A stretch of DNA of 60,926 nt, counting the filler. It is 4 parts of 4 records of this genome, joined end to end, with 100 filler letters (N's around TTAATTAATTAA, not from the genome) between each part and the next. Parts side by side here need not be neighbours in the genome. Positions count along the whole stretch, not along the records: positions 27,480 to 52,835 come from SRR20825019_785; 3 more parts are not named here. One strand, 5' to 3'. Positions 36,770 to 49,136 of this stretch are shown here, piece after piece. Every line of letters begins with the position of its first letter. Position 1 is the first letter of the stretch. The position numbers and the translations under genes are program-made. The notes beneath the pieces were generated by a model. That model worked only from the letters and a program-made list of their open reading frames with translations. It was not told the DNA's origin and ran no database searches.

Positions 36770-37330
36770 CACTGAGAGGGCCGGCCCCCCCCCGGCCCCC
36801 CGGGCCGCCGCTTCATCAGTCCCCTGATCCGACGGCCGTGGCGCGGCGGCCAAGGCAGGGAGTGCGCTTTCGCAACTGAGTGGGCCCACAAATTTGGCGG
36901 GAGGTAATTTAATCCAGAAAATGCGGTTTAACCCATGTGCGAAACGGCTGCACGCGGTGGTGATCCGCCCGGTCTCACTGAGTCGGAGGGTCCGGAGTCC
37001 AGCTCCGTTCTGACTGGACCCCGACTGCACCAGACGCAGCGGCGGGCGGGACCGGACTGAAGTTGGATGAGGAGCCGTGCGCCGGACGGGAGGAGGCCGG
37101 CGGCGCCGGCAGCCGGGCGGTCAGCCGGTCAGGGTCCGGTCGCGGCCCGGCTGCCCGGTCCGCGTCCAATCTCCGGCACTGCATGCAGACCAGCACCAAC
37201 CTGAGTGGCTGGGCCTTTGCTCCCCGCCGCTCGTCCGGGGCGCTGCCCGGTCGGCTGTCGGCCGTAAGTGCGGACATTCGTGCCCCGTGCATGCCGACTC
37301 CATTCGCCTTCGTTCGCGGGCCGGCCCATC
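36770..37330. promoter_or_regulatory. GC-rich island between divergent MLH1 and NTF2-like gene
   Basis: GC-rich intergenic DNA between two 5' ends. Confidence 0.55.
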
Positions 37331-37497
37331 TGGCGCATCTTCGGTCTTTTGATGCCAAGGTTTTCTGCACCATGGCAGTCTTGTTGACTGCCAAAACCTC
37401 GGTTTGTGGGGCTAAGTTCATTGGCCAGGGTAAAGGGGCATTATCATCGTTACAGGGTCATTTATGTGAGCAGACTCTCCAGAGAATGATCGATAAA

Positions 37498-38159
37498 ATG
37501 TCTGCCTACAATATTGAAGGGGAGGAGACCCTTGAAGAGCGCAAGATTCGGACAGAGGTCGAGCGGCTTCACACGTTCTTCGTCAGATGGGCAACGGCGC
37601 AGATGGAGAACTCGGACAAGACCTTCGAGTCTAATTGTGCCCTCGCTTTCGCGGATAATTTTGTCATGATAACACCACAAGGAAAAAAGATTCTCCGAGG
37701 TATTGTCGCTTGGGATCATGTGCTCTGTAGCTCTGTACTCACGTAGCTCATCTAGAGGACATGTTGGTGTCATTACGAAATGACTTCGGCCGCTCTTCCA
37801 GGGCATTTAGAATCAAGATATCAGACGTCAGGGTATGCACCACTAGACTGTGCGCTGCTTGTTGGTACTGAGGCTCGCATAGGTTACAGGGAAGTTTGGG
37901 GACCTCTTTGTGTGCACATACGAAGAGTGGCAGATAGGCAGCAGGATGGTTGAAGTGGGAGCCCGTATCACAGGTAGATTGGTAACAGCAGTTTTCAGAG
38001 TTAGCGATGGTAAGATCCCTTTCTTCTTCATGTAAGCGGGTGGGTGAAGTAATACTCCATGCAGACTCTCCTGGAGGATACGAGTGGCACCATGTTCATG
38101 AAACATGGCTGCCTGACGAGCAAGTAGCGAGAGAGGGGCCCTCTCACTTTGCATCTTGA
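37498..38159 (+). CDS. Small NTF2/SnoaL-like fold protein (DUF4440-like), multi-exon
   Basis: EVERLHTFFVRW..FADNFVMITPQG, CTYEEWQ, C-terminal WHHVHETWL; family assigned from recalled motif similarity. Confidence 0.6.
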
Positions 38160-38192
38160 ATACAATGACTCATTTTCATCCTCACGTTGTTC

Positions 38193-41100
38193 TCATTGTC
38201 TGGCCAGCTCACTCTTCGGATACGAAGTGCCGCCATTTCTAACATACTTGCTTTCCTCGTCCTTGAATAGGTAATACTGACGACGAGAAACAGAATCTGT
38301 GCTAAAGCAGAACGAATCCTTCCGCACTTCGAGAGGAGGAGGCCACCTCTCCACTGTCTCATCCAAAACCTCTGCAAAATATGCAATATACGACTTTCTA
38401 CAGTCACGAGAGTCAGAGACAGGAGCATGCACGGACGAAGAGCCTACCCTTGGCCTCGGCGCTCGAGCGCCTTCCTATACAGCCTTGATGGGCGCCAAAG
38501 TTTCAATATCCCGTCGTCTTCTCCCGAAAAGAAACTGCGGCGAGAAACGATGCTGTGTGTACATTCTCCATCAAGATGATCAACGATTCTGGTTGAGCAG
38601 CATTAGTCAACAATATAGCAGATCGGGATGCAACTTCACCCTCTTACCTGGCTCCTTTAATCTTCAAGATCTTCATCATAATTGCATTTCGTTCATTGGG
38701 GGATATGTATCGTCGTTCAATATGGAACACAGGTTGTGAAATGTGATCATCCACACGAACATAATTGGCGATAAGATCGATTTCGGCCTGGTGCGACTGA
38801 TGAATGCAGTTTGTATATTTGGCTTTTTTGGCAACTCGTGGACTCGAACGATATGGCGAAGATGCCTCTAGTTCATACTTGAGACGTGCATGTGTTCGAG
38901 ACCGTGTGTTGCCCGCTGGAGAAGATGGTGTCGCTTTTCTGCTTGAAGATATATTGGGTGAACACGAGGTTGTCTGCTTGGGGGACGGCTTCGTCTGGCT
39001 GGGAGTCATATTTCCCTTCAAGTCAAGGTGCCCACCCACCGCAAGCCCCATCTTCATCTCGGATTCATCTACTCCCAGATACGCCGCATGAACTTGGAGT
39101 TCTTGAGATCCTGCGGGCTTATTCATTGCTTCTCCTATCAGCAAATACTCTTGCACAGTAAGTCCGGCCATGTAGGCCCGGGTTCCTGTGTATTTGTGGC
39201 ATCCTCCAAACTGGGGAAACCGCATGAGATATCTGAGTGGGGTTGGTTCTCCGCCCATGTTGATGAGAAATTCTGTGTACTTCACATCAATGACGAATAT
39301 ATGAGAGGGAACACGAATCACGCAGTCGGTCATTGGCCCCCCGGGGAATGTTTCCAGCCATGGATACTTCTGCCACTGCAACGTAGGGCCGAGTTTCTTG
39401 TCAATTTCTCCCCATTGACGCATATATTGATGGAACTCCTTCGCCTGTTCATGTGCTTGCACCGGTACAGTAAGCAGGACCAAGAAGCGAGGTTCGTCGT
39501 CCTCGCCGCGTTCCATTCGGTGCTTGTTTACCAGCAGGCCCACCACTAGCGTGCACAAGTATGCCCCTAAGGAATTCTCCTGACTGTACTGTGCTCCTAT
39601 CACCGCCATTGTAACTGTCTCTCTCAACCTTTCATCATAGTATCTTAGCAGAGCAATTAGGCATGATTCAATATTCGCATGGCCACTATACCTCTTCATC
39701 TTATACCATTGGCGGTTGTTCGGAATATATTTGGAATGGATGTGCTTCACCACAATGCCCTCCTGGCGCTGGGCGAGTGATCGACCAAAATTCAACTTGA
39801 TAGTCTCCATTCCCGCGGTCCTCTGCGACCCCCTAAGGTCAACTCGCTTTGCATCACTAATATGAACGTGGTTCGGTCGCGGCTTAATTATTTTCTTCAG
39901 ACGCTCTCGCCGTTCCTCCAGTGGCTTTGGCATGTAGTTTAAGCCATTATACCACAATATGTCAAACAAAACAACCAAAAGATGCCGGCCCTTCTTGATA
40001 TCCTCTCCAAACCTTGTTCCCATTTGCTGCACGGTGCCGAAGGGGAGTATTTCACCCCTACTCGTGGCATTTGTCAGAATAGACGTCTTGTATCAGCTAT
40101 CGCACCCTTACCTCGTCTCATCGTAGGCAAGCAACTCGCCATCTAGGATGCATTCTTGGACCGTATCACCAGCATCTATCCCCGTTGAGGTTCCAAGGCA
40201 GGCAAGAATATGTTCTTTCACATCAATACGGTCTGCAGTGCTGTCACGCCCACCTCGACTGAATATCCGAACCTTTTCGTCGAGATCCTTGCTGTAATGA
40301 ATCTGTATGCGCTCTCCGTCATATTTCTGTTCGCAGTAGTACACCGGATATGGTGCATTTGCGAGGGATGCTACCATCTTGTTTGTGTCGGGACTCATTC
40401 TACGACAGAGGGCTACCGAAACATAGACTCCAATGGATGGGCAGAGCTGGTCTTGAATGAACTTGGAATCTACGCCCCCCTGGTTCTGCGCCTGAATAAC
40501 TGCTTTGATTCTTCGGCAAGCAACCACAAAATTGGAGTTTCTGATCCAGATCCGATTCATCAACTCATGAAAGCCATTGAAGAAGTGACTTGGCCTGATA
40601 TTCTTGAAACGCATATCCTTTAAAATGATGCGGACAGCCCATTTTGCCTCGACAGCAGTCAAATGAACGAACAAGTCACTCAGTACACCACTTCCATTCC
40701 TCTTTACAGTGCGTTCGTGAACACAACCAGACTGTTTCTGCCGATAGACTGAAGCCAGGTACTCCAATGCGTTGTGCATGGCATTAATGGTAATAGTGGG
40801 AGTTGTGGGACTCCCCCGGTTGACCACAAATGCCTTCACGCGTAGGGATAAGTCTCCGATAGATTCATCATGCCCCTTCCACGCCTCCGTGCGGTAGTCC
40901 TCCAGCCACTTCGTTCTTCTGTGGCCCTTTTGAAGCCCATAGGCTGACAACAACTCCTTCAGAAGAGTATACTCTTTCATATCATAGACTCGTTCACGAT
41001 CAAGCTCGGGCACCATCAAACGCAATGTTTGTTGCAGGTCTCCAAGACCTCCTTTCTCAAGGCTTGTGAAGAAATCATGAACGATATTCTCTACCGCATC

Positions 41101-41226
41101 ACCTTTTCGAATACCAGTCGCTCTCTTGCTCTGATCCAACTTTTCAACATCCTCTAAGAGTTGACATAATAGAGCAAAAACCTGATTTTCGGAGGAGACC
41201 TCTGCTTTAGCAGACGCCCTTCTCAT
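38193..41226 (-). CDS. ATP-dependent DNA ligase, LIG4-like (DBD, adenylation, OB, probable BRCT), multi-exon
   Basis: RVYDMKE, EQKYDGERIQIH (motif I), ILDGELLAYD (III), FDILWYNG (IIIa), EGIVVK (IV), WYKMK (V), MRFP; 3' end approximate. Confidence 0.88.
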
Positions 41227-41324
41227 CGCGAAACTATGGTCAGTGCATGCCTAGCTTGAACTCGCATCAGGGCTTATACAGGTTTCCACATAGAAGTAGT
41301 TAGATAAACTGAAATGTCCGTGAC

Positions 41325-41720
41325 TTTGGGCGGCGGGCTTCGAACACGACGGGCCTTGGGCTCGCTTGGCACGCCCCCCGCGGGATCCGAATGGGTGGCG
41401 CGGGGAGCCGGGGTGCCGAGCCGGCGGGGCGCGGCCGGTGGCGCCGCGGCCGGGCCGGCCGGGCGGCCCGCGGGTCGGTGCGGGGCCGCGGACGAGCCGG
41501 AGGTAAGACCGGGGGACCGGGGCCATCCTCCCCGGGCAGGCCCCGAGCCTCCGGCCGGCCAGAATTCTGGGGGCCCGGGGGCCGCACCTCATGGCTCCGT
41601 CTCTCGGCTGAGGAGACTGAGATCCCTGGCGGCTGGGGCGGGCCGGGCCGGCGCCGCCGCGGAATGAGCCCCACTGCCCACCCGACCGGCAGCCGGCTCG
41701 CACCCTGGCACGCGCGGCCT
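41325..41720. promoter_or_regulatory. GC-rich island between divergent ligase and LCMT1
   Basis: Near-pure G/C core between two 5' ends. Confidence 0.6.
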
Positions 41721-41851
41721 CAACGGACGACCACTCCCCGACGCCGACAAACCGACGCCAACTTGAATGACCCACCCGATCCCTCACTAGCGTGCGTGAT
41801 ATTAGTATTCCTACATAAAGTGTTCAAAACCATATATTGTCAGTTATAGTT

Positions 41852-43487
41852 ATGAGTGACCAAGGATCACCACCGCCAAAAGAAACTCCGACGCCGGGAG
41901 GTTTTGCCATGTATGCAGCGCAGGCATGTATTCATTATTTCCTGCTTATCGTCCTTGCAGCCCTAACCTGAAGTCCCTTGGTACAAAATCGGGTCCTTCA
42001 AGGAGGAGGAGACCAGGCCCAGACGCTGCAGTTCAAGAAACTAATGACGATGCATGCGTTAGCAAAATGTACGTCTACTCTTGTTTTTCCTCGCAAAGAT
42101 TCACATTCGGTTATTAGGTCTGCAATTCGACTGGGATATTATAAGGATCCCTTTGTCCAGTACTTCTGTAAACGGGGAGATAGGCGGTCTCCCTTGATCA
42201 ATCGGGGTAGGTGAACAGGCCAGTTTATAAAGCTTGGCTAACAAATTGTGTGTTTATTGGTGCTACTTAGGGTACTTTGCAAGGTTTACCATAATCGACA
42301 ACGTGATCAAGAAATTTCTGTCTCTGACGGAAGGCCGGCGTCGCAATTTCGTTAGTATTGGGGCCGGTTTCGACACAATCTATCTTCGACTGAAAGTTAG
42401 TTGGGCGTTTCCTTGTCTGCCCAATATCTCCTTAACCATTTTGTACTAGAAAGACAACATTGACATAAACCGGTTTTTGGAGCTCGATTTCCAGGAGGTG
42501 GGCAGGCAGAACGTTCTTAGGGTGCTGGGCTGACATCGTGTCTGAAGGTCACGGCACGAAAAGTGGAGACCATCAACGGGAATAATGAACTTCTGAGCCT
42601 CATAGATCCAAAGGACGGTTCACTGAAGATAGCAGCAGGTATGCAGGCGTTATGGAATGTCGGCGTGTATTTTCAAGAACTAAGAAACATAAGACCAAGG
42701 GTCCATATCCAGCTCATGCTACTGCTTGTCGCCGTGTGATTTGCGTAAAATAGACACCTTTCAAAGTGCTCTGTCAAAAGCAGGTTTGGAGCGCGAGTAT
42801 GTGTTTGATCTCACAGCGTGGTGTATGCTCAATCGCTGAGATGTGACCAGGGACCCTGTTCTCTTCATTTCGGAATGTGTGTTGATATACGTAGATTCGG
42901 CGGATTCATCATTGGTGCTAAAGCACATTGCGGATTCATTCTCTGATGCTGCATTCCTCTCCTATGAGCAAATACGGCCCGACGATGCTTTCGGCAAGCA
43001 AATGTTGAAGAACCTGGAGGTAGGCGTGTATTGATTCAGGATGGGTTACATGGATTCAACGATGATGCGCAGCAACGAGGGTGCCCGTTACGTGGAATTC
43101 ACGATCATCCGGACACGAAGTCTCAGGAAGATCGCTTGAAGAAGCTGGGATGGTATGGTGCCGTACTCCTTGTTAGTGTCATGACTAATGCCGTGGTTAG
43201 GGGACGGGCGGAATCACTTGATATGAAGGCAGTGTACGAGCAGTGTCTTCAACCCTCCGAGATTGCTAGGTATCATGTTGATACGATAGAGCAAGTAATC
43301 GTATTTATTGTGTCATTGCAGGATCTCACGCTTGGAGGTGTTTGACGAGTTTGAGGAGTGGGGACTGATCATGTCGCACTATGCCCTTACTGTTGGAACA
43401 GTTTCAACGGATGGTCCAATATCTTCACTTGCAACCCTGGACAAGCATGGTGCCACCATTCCATCTTTCAATAAGTTCATATCATGA
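41852..43487 (+). CDS. LCMT1: Leucine carboxyl methyltransferase 1 (PPM1/LCMT1), multi-exon
   Basis: AVQETNDDA..SK, RSPLINRGYFAR, SIGAGFDT, ELDF, SECVLIY, YEQIRPDDAFGKQM, FDEFEEW..HY. Confidence 0.93.
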
Positions 43488-43646
43488 GAGCATATCCCTT
43501 CTCTAATGAATACGATGCAATCTGATGGGCGCACTGCGAATCCCACAGCGATCACAAGTACACTACCCTGACACTACATGGGCCAGACAATAAACTCCAA
43601 AGGATCCATCTTACCGCTGGTAGGGATCTGCGGATATCTCCAGATT

Positions 43647-45072
43647 CTATAATCGAAACATCCTTGCAAACGTGTTCACGCTCTGAGGACTCGAACTTTC
43701 TGCCTTGTGTAAGACTGTCGCCTTTGGGGTTCTCTTTCCAGTGGTCAGATACGCTACTGCCATGGAAGGCGTCGTATGTGACGCAACAAACTCAAGCACA
43801 TGAGGACTATCGTCATTATGTTTTGGTTCGACTTTCAACAAAATAAAGCCAGCATCCCTATCCCTTCGCCATTCTATCTTAGACAATGGGCCCTGCTGCA
43901 GGATGGCTTGAGCATCATCTGGCGTAGTGTCTGACCCCTGGAAGTGTTCACAGCACGATGAAGCGAGACGGGCCTTCATGATTAGTTCTCCCATACCTGT
44001 GACACACAGTTAGATCGAAATCACACCCCAAGTCCACGTTATCTCAGCCGCACCTGTCGTGCTACATGCCACGCGGGGAAGGGTCTCATGAGAACTATCG
44101 GCCCAGCAACCGCAGAATAGGGCTGCCGCCTCTCCTACTCGTCCAGGATGCTTAAGCGAGATGCCCCCACTCGACACCCCCGCCGCCACATTCCCACTAG
44201 CGTCGTAGCATATAGCACCGACGGTGTCATGCAACCTGTCATCATCGTCATCATGGCGGGATGCTCCGTGCTCACGCTTCGCGCGCTTTCCGGGAGGCAT
44301 TCCCTCCTGATGCTCATTTCGTGCCGCATCCTTCGAAGCATTTTCTTGCACTTTAACATCGTTTGCCGTGCCGAGGCCACATAACTCCCTGTGTTTTGCC
44401 CATGTTCGTTTCGACCGGTCTGTGACATGATACTCACTATCATGGCTTACCGCCAAACCTGCCGTCTCCGCCCATTCGCGGGCCCCGCTACCCACTAGTA
44501 AGCTGGCGAAATACTGGTCAGGAACATATGGCTTCCTGAGAGAGGGAGCCCTTACACTGGAGGTATCCGCCCCCCCGATAAAAGCCCTTTATCTGATTCC
44601 TTAAGCATTGCATGTGCAACTTCTATGGGGTGGCGCAGTCCTATCAAGGCACCGGTGAGCTTTAACCCACTTCCTCAAGGAGGGGGCTAGAAGCGTGACA
44701 TACCTGGAGCTGCACCGACTGCAGCGGACCCGTTGTCTCGGCCCCTCACAATACTGGCATCTGCTTCCACCTTGCCATGAAGGTTCAGGGTAGACCCTTC
44801 CCCAGCATTGGTGATGGGGTCGCCCTGCAGACATCGTTGGTCACGTTTGAGCTTGACTGAGAGGCACTGCTACTCGGAGCACTCACCTCCAGCACCTTGA
44901 TGGCGGCAACCACGCCTTCCACACAGCTGCCGTTTAGCCGCATAGCATCTCGTGCGGATAAGCAAGCCCTTGCCATAACATCTTCATAGTCCTTGCGTCG
45001 CTTGGCACTATGAAAGCCCGCACCTGCATGCACAGCAACAAAAAAAACCGGATCTTCCTCACTCGTGGCCAT
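43647..45072 (-). CDS. TASP1: Threonine aspartase (taspase-1), asparaginase-2 family, multi-exon
   Basis: FVAVHAGAG, TNAG, autoproteolysis site HD/TVGA, SSGGISLKHPGRVGEAA, HTTPSMAVAY. Confidence 0.9.
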
Positions 45073-45149
45073 ACCACACCGGTGTCTCCGGGAAAAACTC
45101 GTGCGGTACTTCAACTCATCACTGACTGACCCGACCAGACGGAACGAAC

Positions 45150-45770
45150 GGCCGGCTGCCCCCGGCCCCCCGCTCGGCTTGCGAGGGCGCCAGCCGGCGT
45201 GACCGCGACCCGGGGCGGCGGGCCGAGCCCGGCGGCCCGCCGGGCGCCCGGCGGGGGCCCCGGCCGGGGGCCGGGCGGCTGAGCCGGCCGGGCCCGACCG
45301 CCGGTCCGGGTCACTCGCCCTCCGGTCCGGCCGCCCCGGCCCCCCGGCCCTGGCCGCGGGCGCCGCGCCGCACTCTGGAGTGGCCGGCATCACAGTGCCG
45401 GTGTGGCCGCATCGTGCCGGGCGTGCCGCCGCGCGGGCCCGTGGCTGAAGCGCCCCCCCGGCCCGGGCGGGCCCGGGGCCGCCCCGGCGGCGCCGCCAGT
45501 CACACTGACCAGCCGCCCTGGCCCGGCTCCGGCCGCCGCGCCGGTCCGGTCGTCCGGCCAGCTCGCGGCCTGTGACTCAGCGGCACGCGGACCGGCTGGA
45601 ACCGGCTGCTTGAACCGACCCGACCCCAAAGCGCCCCCCGGGATGCTGGGTGCACGGCAGCCGGTGCCCCGCGCAACGACATCGTGATGAACCGACCGGA
45701 CGGGCGAGATGATCCCCCGTCCAGTGCCGTCGATGGCCGGGCGCCGAATGAGCCGTGCGTCCCGTCCGAG
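45150..45770. promoter_or_regulatory. GC-rich island between divergent TASP1 and cyclophilin
   Basis: Near-pure G/C core ~45200-45370. Confidence 0.6.
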
Positions 45771-45844
45771 TTAAAATTAAAGGCATAGCTGGTATTCTGA
45801 TAAGCTTAATTCTGTACTTGTGGACTCTTCAGATTTGGGTGACA

Positions 45845-46840
45845 ATGCCCGTTAGAGTTTTCTTGGTCTGAGAATGTTCATGACCTAGTTGTATTGTCTC
45901 TGCTAAACTGTGTTGGCCAGGACATAGATATTGGCGATAAGGCTGCATATGACAAATCCTGCGGTGAATGGGAAAAAACGAAGCAGTTCATTTCCAAGTG
46001 CGGGGATAATTATGGGTTTGGCACTGATGCAGAGGTTCGTTGAAAGTTTGAGTTTGCGAGTTCTAAATGTCCGCTAAAAGCTCGGTGCTACTATAGACAC
46101 TAGACAAAGACACTCTCGAGAATGGTAGATCATGTTTGAAGTAGGGTATTGCAAACTAGACTAACTATGAATAGCAAAAGAAATATTCGACTCAGACCCC
46201 ACATGGAATGAAACGGGCCCCATGCGGGTGTCAGCGCCGGAACCGATACGAGCCGGTACCGTGGGGTTGATTCCTCAGTCGCCTGCCGGCAACTAAAGTC
46301 GTATAGGTCGCTTGGTGATAGAACTCTGGAATGAGAAGGTTCCGAAAACCTGCGAGAACTTTAGGGCACTCTGCACCGGAGAGAAGGGTAAAGGGAAAGA
46401 CTCGGGGAAGATGCTCCACTTTTTGGGTAATGTGTTTCACCGCATTATTCCGGGATTCATGGCGCAGGGAGGCGATGTTACAAGGGGTGACGGTAGTGGC
46501 GGTGAAAGCATATATGGAAAAACATTCAACGATGAGAAAAGTGGACTGGGAATCCCTCATGACTCAGCTGGGTTGCTTTCTATGGCCAACTCTGGAAAGA
46601 ACTCCAATTCGTCCCAGTTCTTCTTGACATTTGCACCAGCAAAACATCTTGACAAAAAGCATGTTGTATTTGGCAAAGTCGTTGAGGGGCTGGAGGTACT
46701 GGAGGTGAGTAGAGATCTTTTTCGTAGTCTGTGCTGGTCATGACTTGACGTATCTCATCACTTAGAAAATGGAGAAGGTCGGAACTAAGGAAGGAAAGCC
46801 TACGGTCACCGTTACGATATCAGATTGCGGCGTTTTGTGA
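45845..46840 (+). CDS. Cyclophilin-type peptidyl-prolyl isomerase with N-terminal insertion (multi-exon)
   Basis: [55 protein letters not shown]. Confidence 0.95.
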
Positions 46841-47742
46841 CAGAACACGCGGCAATTTCAGTATATTAAACATGTTCGTAGTTTCATTGATGATAGGAGT
46901 CATAGGAGTATCTGCCCAGCTGCAGCCTGGTCCGGCCTACAGCATGGCAATTCAAGGCTTCTGGAATGTATAACTGGAACATCTCGTCAGTGGGGAGGAA
47001 GAAAGTCATTTCATGATATTGCTAGACAACACAAGAGAGTGAGAGACATAGAGAGAGAAAAGAGGAACAAGTGCTGCGGTCAGTTGAAGGATTGGGATCA
47101 TATACGTGCTGCACAATCTATCTTGTAACCATCCAGGTCAGGACACTTCACCAACTTGCCCGCGCATCACTTATGGCCTCCAGCCATGCCAGCGTCTCAG
47201 GAGATCCTCCCGGCCACCCACAAGCGACAACTACCCCTGGAGTCCATCCGTATTGCGTCGTTCAAAGCCATCCAAGATGATAGTTGGACCATCATTAAGA
47301 TGGGAGCATCTCATGGCGCCTTACGCGCATAAAGAATTTTACGTTGTATGGGACTTCGCCGGACTATCAACCTGTATTGGGTATTGGCCAAGCTTCACGC
47401 AAGAGCCGCGCAGTGTCGCGATCTTATCGTTCTTCATGTTGGAATAGACAACAAGAAGAGGACACCTGTCGCAGGACGCCTTTAAAACGTGGGAACAAAC
47501 CTCTCCCGCATTTTCATTTCGCCCTTTCATTATGTATGCCTCAGCTTACACGAGCCACCATAAACTCTTGGTGACCCGCTGCGAACTGTGCAATTGAATA
47601 TGAATGCAAGGGTCGCCGGCGAAGGCAATACTCATGGTGGTAGACAGTTGCCACAGCACGCTCAGCCCTTTTACAAACACATCATTCCGCAAAGTATACT
47701 GTGAAAGGGAAGAAACAAAAGAGGGGAACTAGCTACTCACAA

Positions 47743-48110
47743 CTAAATACTCAGGACGAAGAAGCACTCTGGTTCGTGTCGGCAGCTCTTTCGGCTAACA
47801 ATGGAAGTAAGGAATAATTGTTCAATCGATAGAGCACACTGACCTGATTTTCTGTCAACAAAGTCCGCAATAGCGACGCAACTGCCATACGTCACTCCTG
47901 CTGCAGCAAAAAGAAAAGCGAATCTGCCAAACAAGTTGTTGAACTACAACATATGTCGAATGATTCCTCTTTTACATACCTTGTCCCAAGGCCTTGCCTG
48001 GCAAGAAAATAGTGCTCGCCCGTCCGCAGCATCTGCACAATCGTGAGTGGACAACTACAAAAGACGGCACATTCGATACCCTTGGGAGCTCCTCTTGTCT
48101 CGTCATTTCG
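47743..48110 (-). CDS. Possible small single-TM protein (several micro-exons)
   Basis: Three GT..AG intron-like segments; spliced frame gives FNNLFGRFAFLFAAAGVTYG; start not resolved. Confidence 0.35.
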
Positions 48111-48229
48111 CGTATCTACTGCCTAAACTACCAACCTGCTTGTTGAGACTCAAATACTTGTTACCCAGCTGGCAACGGTTATGGTTCAGTAGGCCCGCCA
48201 GCCAGTACCCGCATGCCACCTGAACGGGA

Positions 48230-48620
48230 CCGGACACGATGACCGCGGACCGGACGGGGGACCGGACTCGGACCGACTACTCCTGCACAATCACCGGACA
48301 AGCCGCGAGGCCGCGCCGCCAGGCCCGTACCGGGCCGCCGGGGCCGGCAGCCCGGCGGCGCCGCGGGCGGCCCCGGCCCGGCCGCGCCCGGGACCGTCCT
48401 CGACCCCGCGCCACCGGCACGCCGGGCCGCCCGGCGGCCGGCCCCGGCCCTGGCCGGCGCCGGCGCCGGCGCGCCCGGACCCCTCCGGCGGCCGGGTGCG
48501 GCATCGGCTTCCCCCGCGGCGGCAGTCCGGCCCCCGGTCCGGTCGGGTCGGTCGCCGGCGGCGCCCCCGGCCCGGCCTCGGCTTCCGGGCGGCGGCCCGC
48601 GGAGAGACTGCGGCGTCCAT
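48230..48620. promoter_or_regulatory. GC-rich island between divergent small gene and hypothetical gene
   Basis: Near-pure G/C core ~48300-48600. Confidence 0.55.
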
Positions 48621-49136
48621 AATTGGCATGTGTCAATGATACAATAGCCGTTATCCGAGCCGGCACTGTCACACGACGAGTACACTCTCATAGCGTCAAT
48701 CAGCTACTCTACTTCTAGTAGAGCTAGGGAGCTGCATGGGCCGATGAGAGTGTGAGTTAGAGCCAAGCGGCCCTCCTTTGCGCACGCCCACGGTATGCAT
48801 TGCCGACAGTGACTCACCGTGCGAGAGGACGTAGGATACACGCCGACAATCCCTGACGCCCAGTCGGCGCCACCCTCCGCCGGCCATGACCGGCCAACCC
48901 ACACATCCGACCCGCGTCAATGACCAGCGGCCGGTTCGCATCCGCCGTGCAAACAACCGCCGGTTCAATCACAAAGAGTTTGACCCTGATTAGCGGTGAT
49001 AGCCCCCGCCCCTCCCTCGCTGAGTCCTATTGAACTCTTTTATAGCTATGAGTGAAATCCATAGTCAAGTATCCTGAACTCCTTGTAGATATTATATACG
49101 ACCCCCTAATCAAGTTCAGGCCTGAAAAAGCGTAGC

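Noticed and set aside
33827-41226. MLH1 and DNA ligase as a functional repair cluster
   Set aside because: Only two genes, not sharing an island, among unrelated housekeeping neighbours; chance is sufficient
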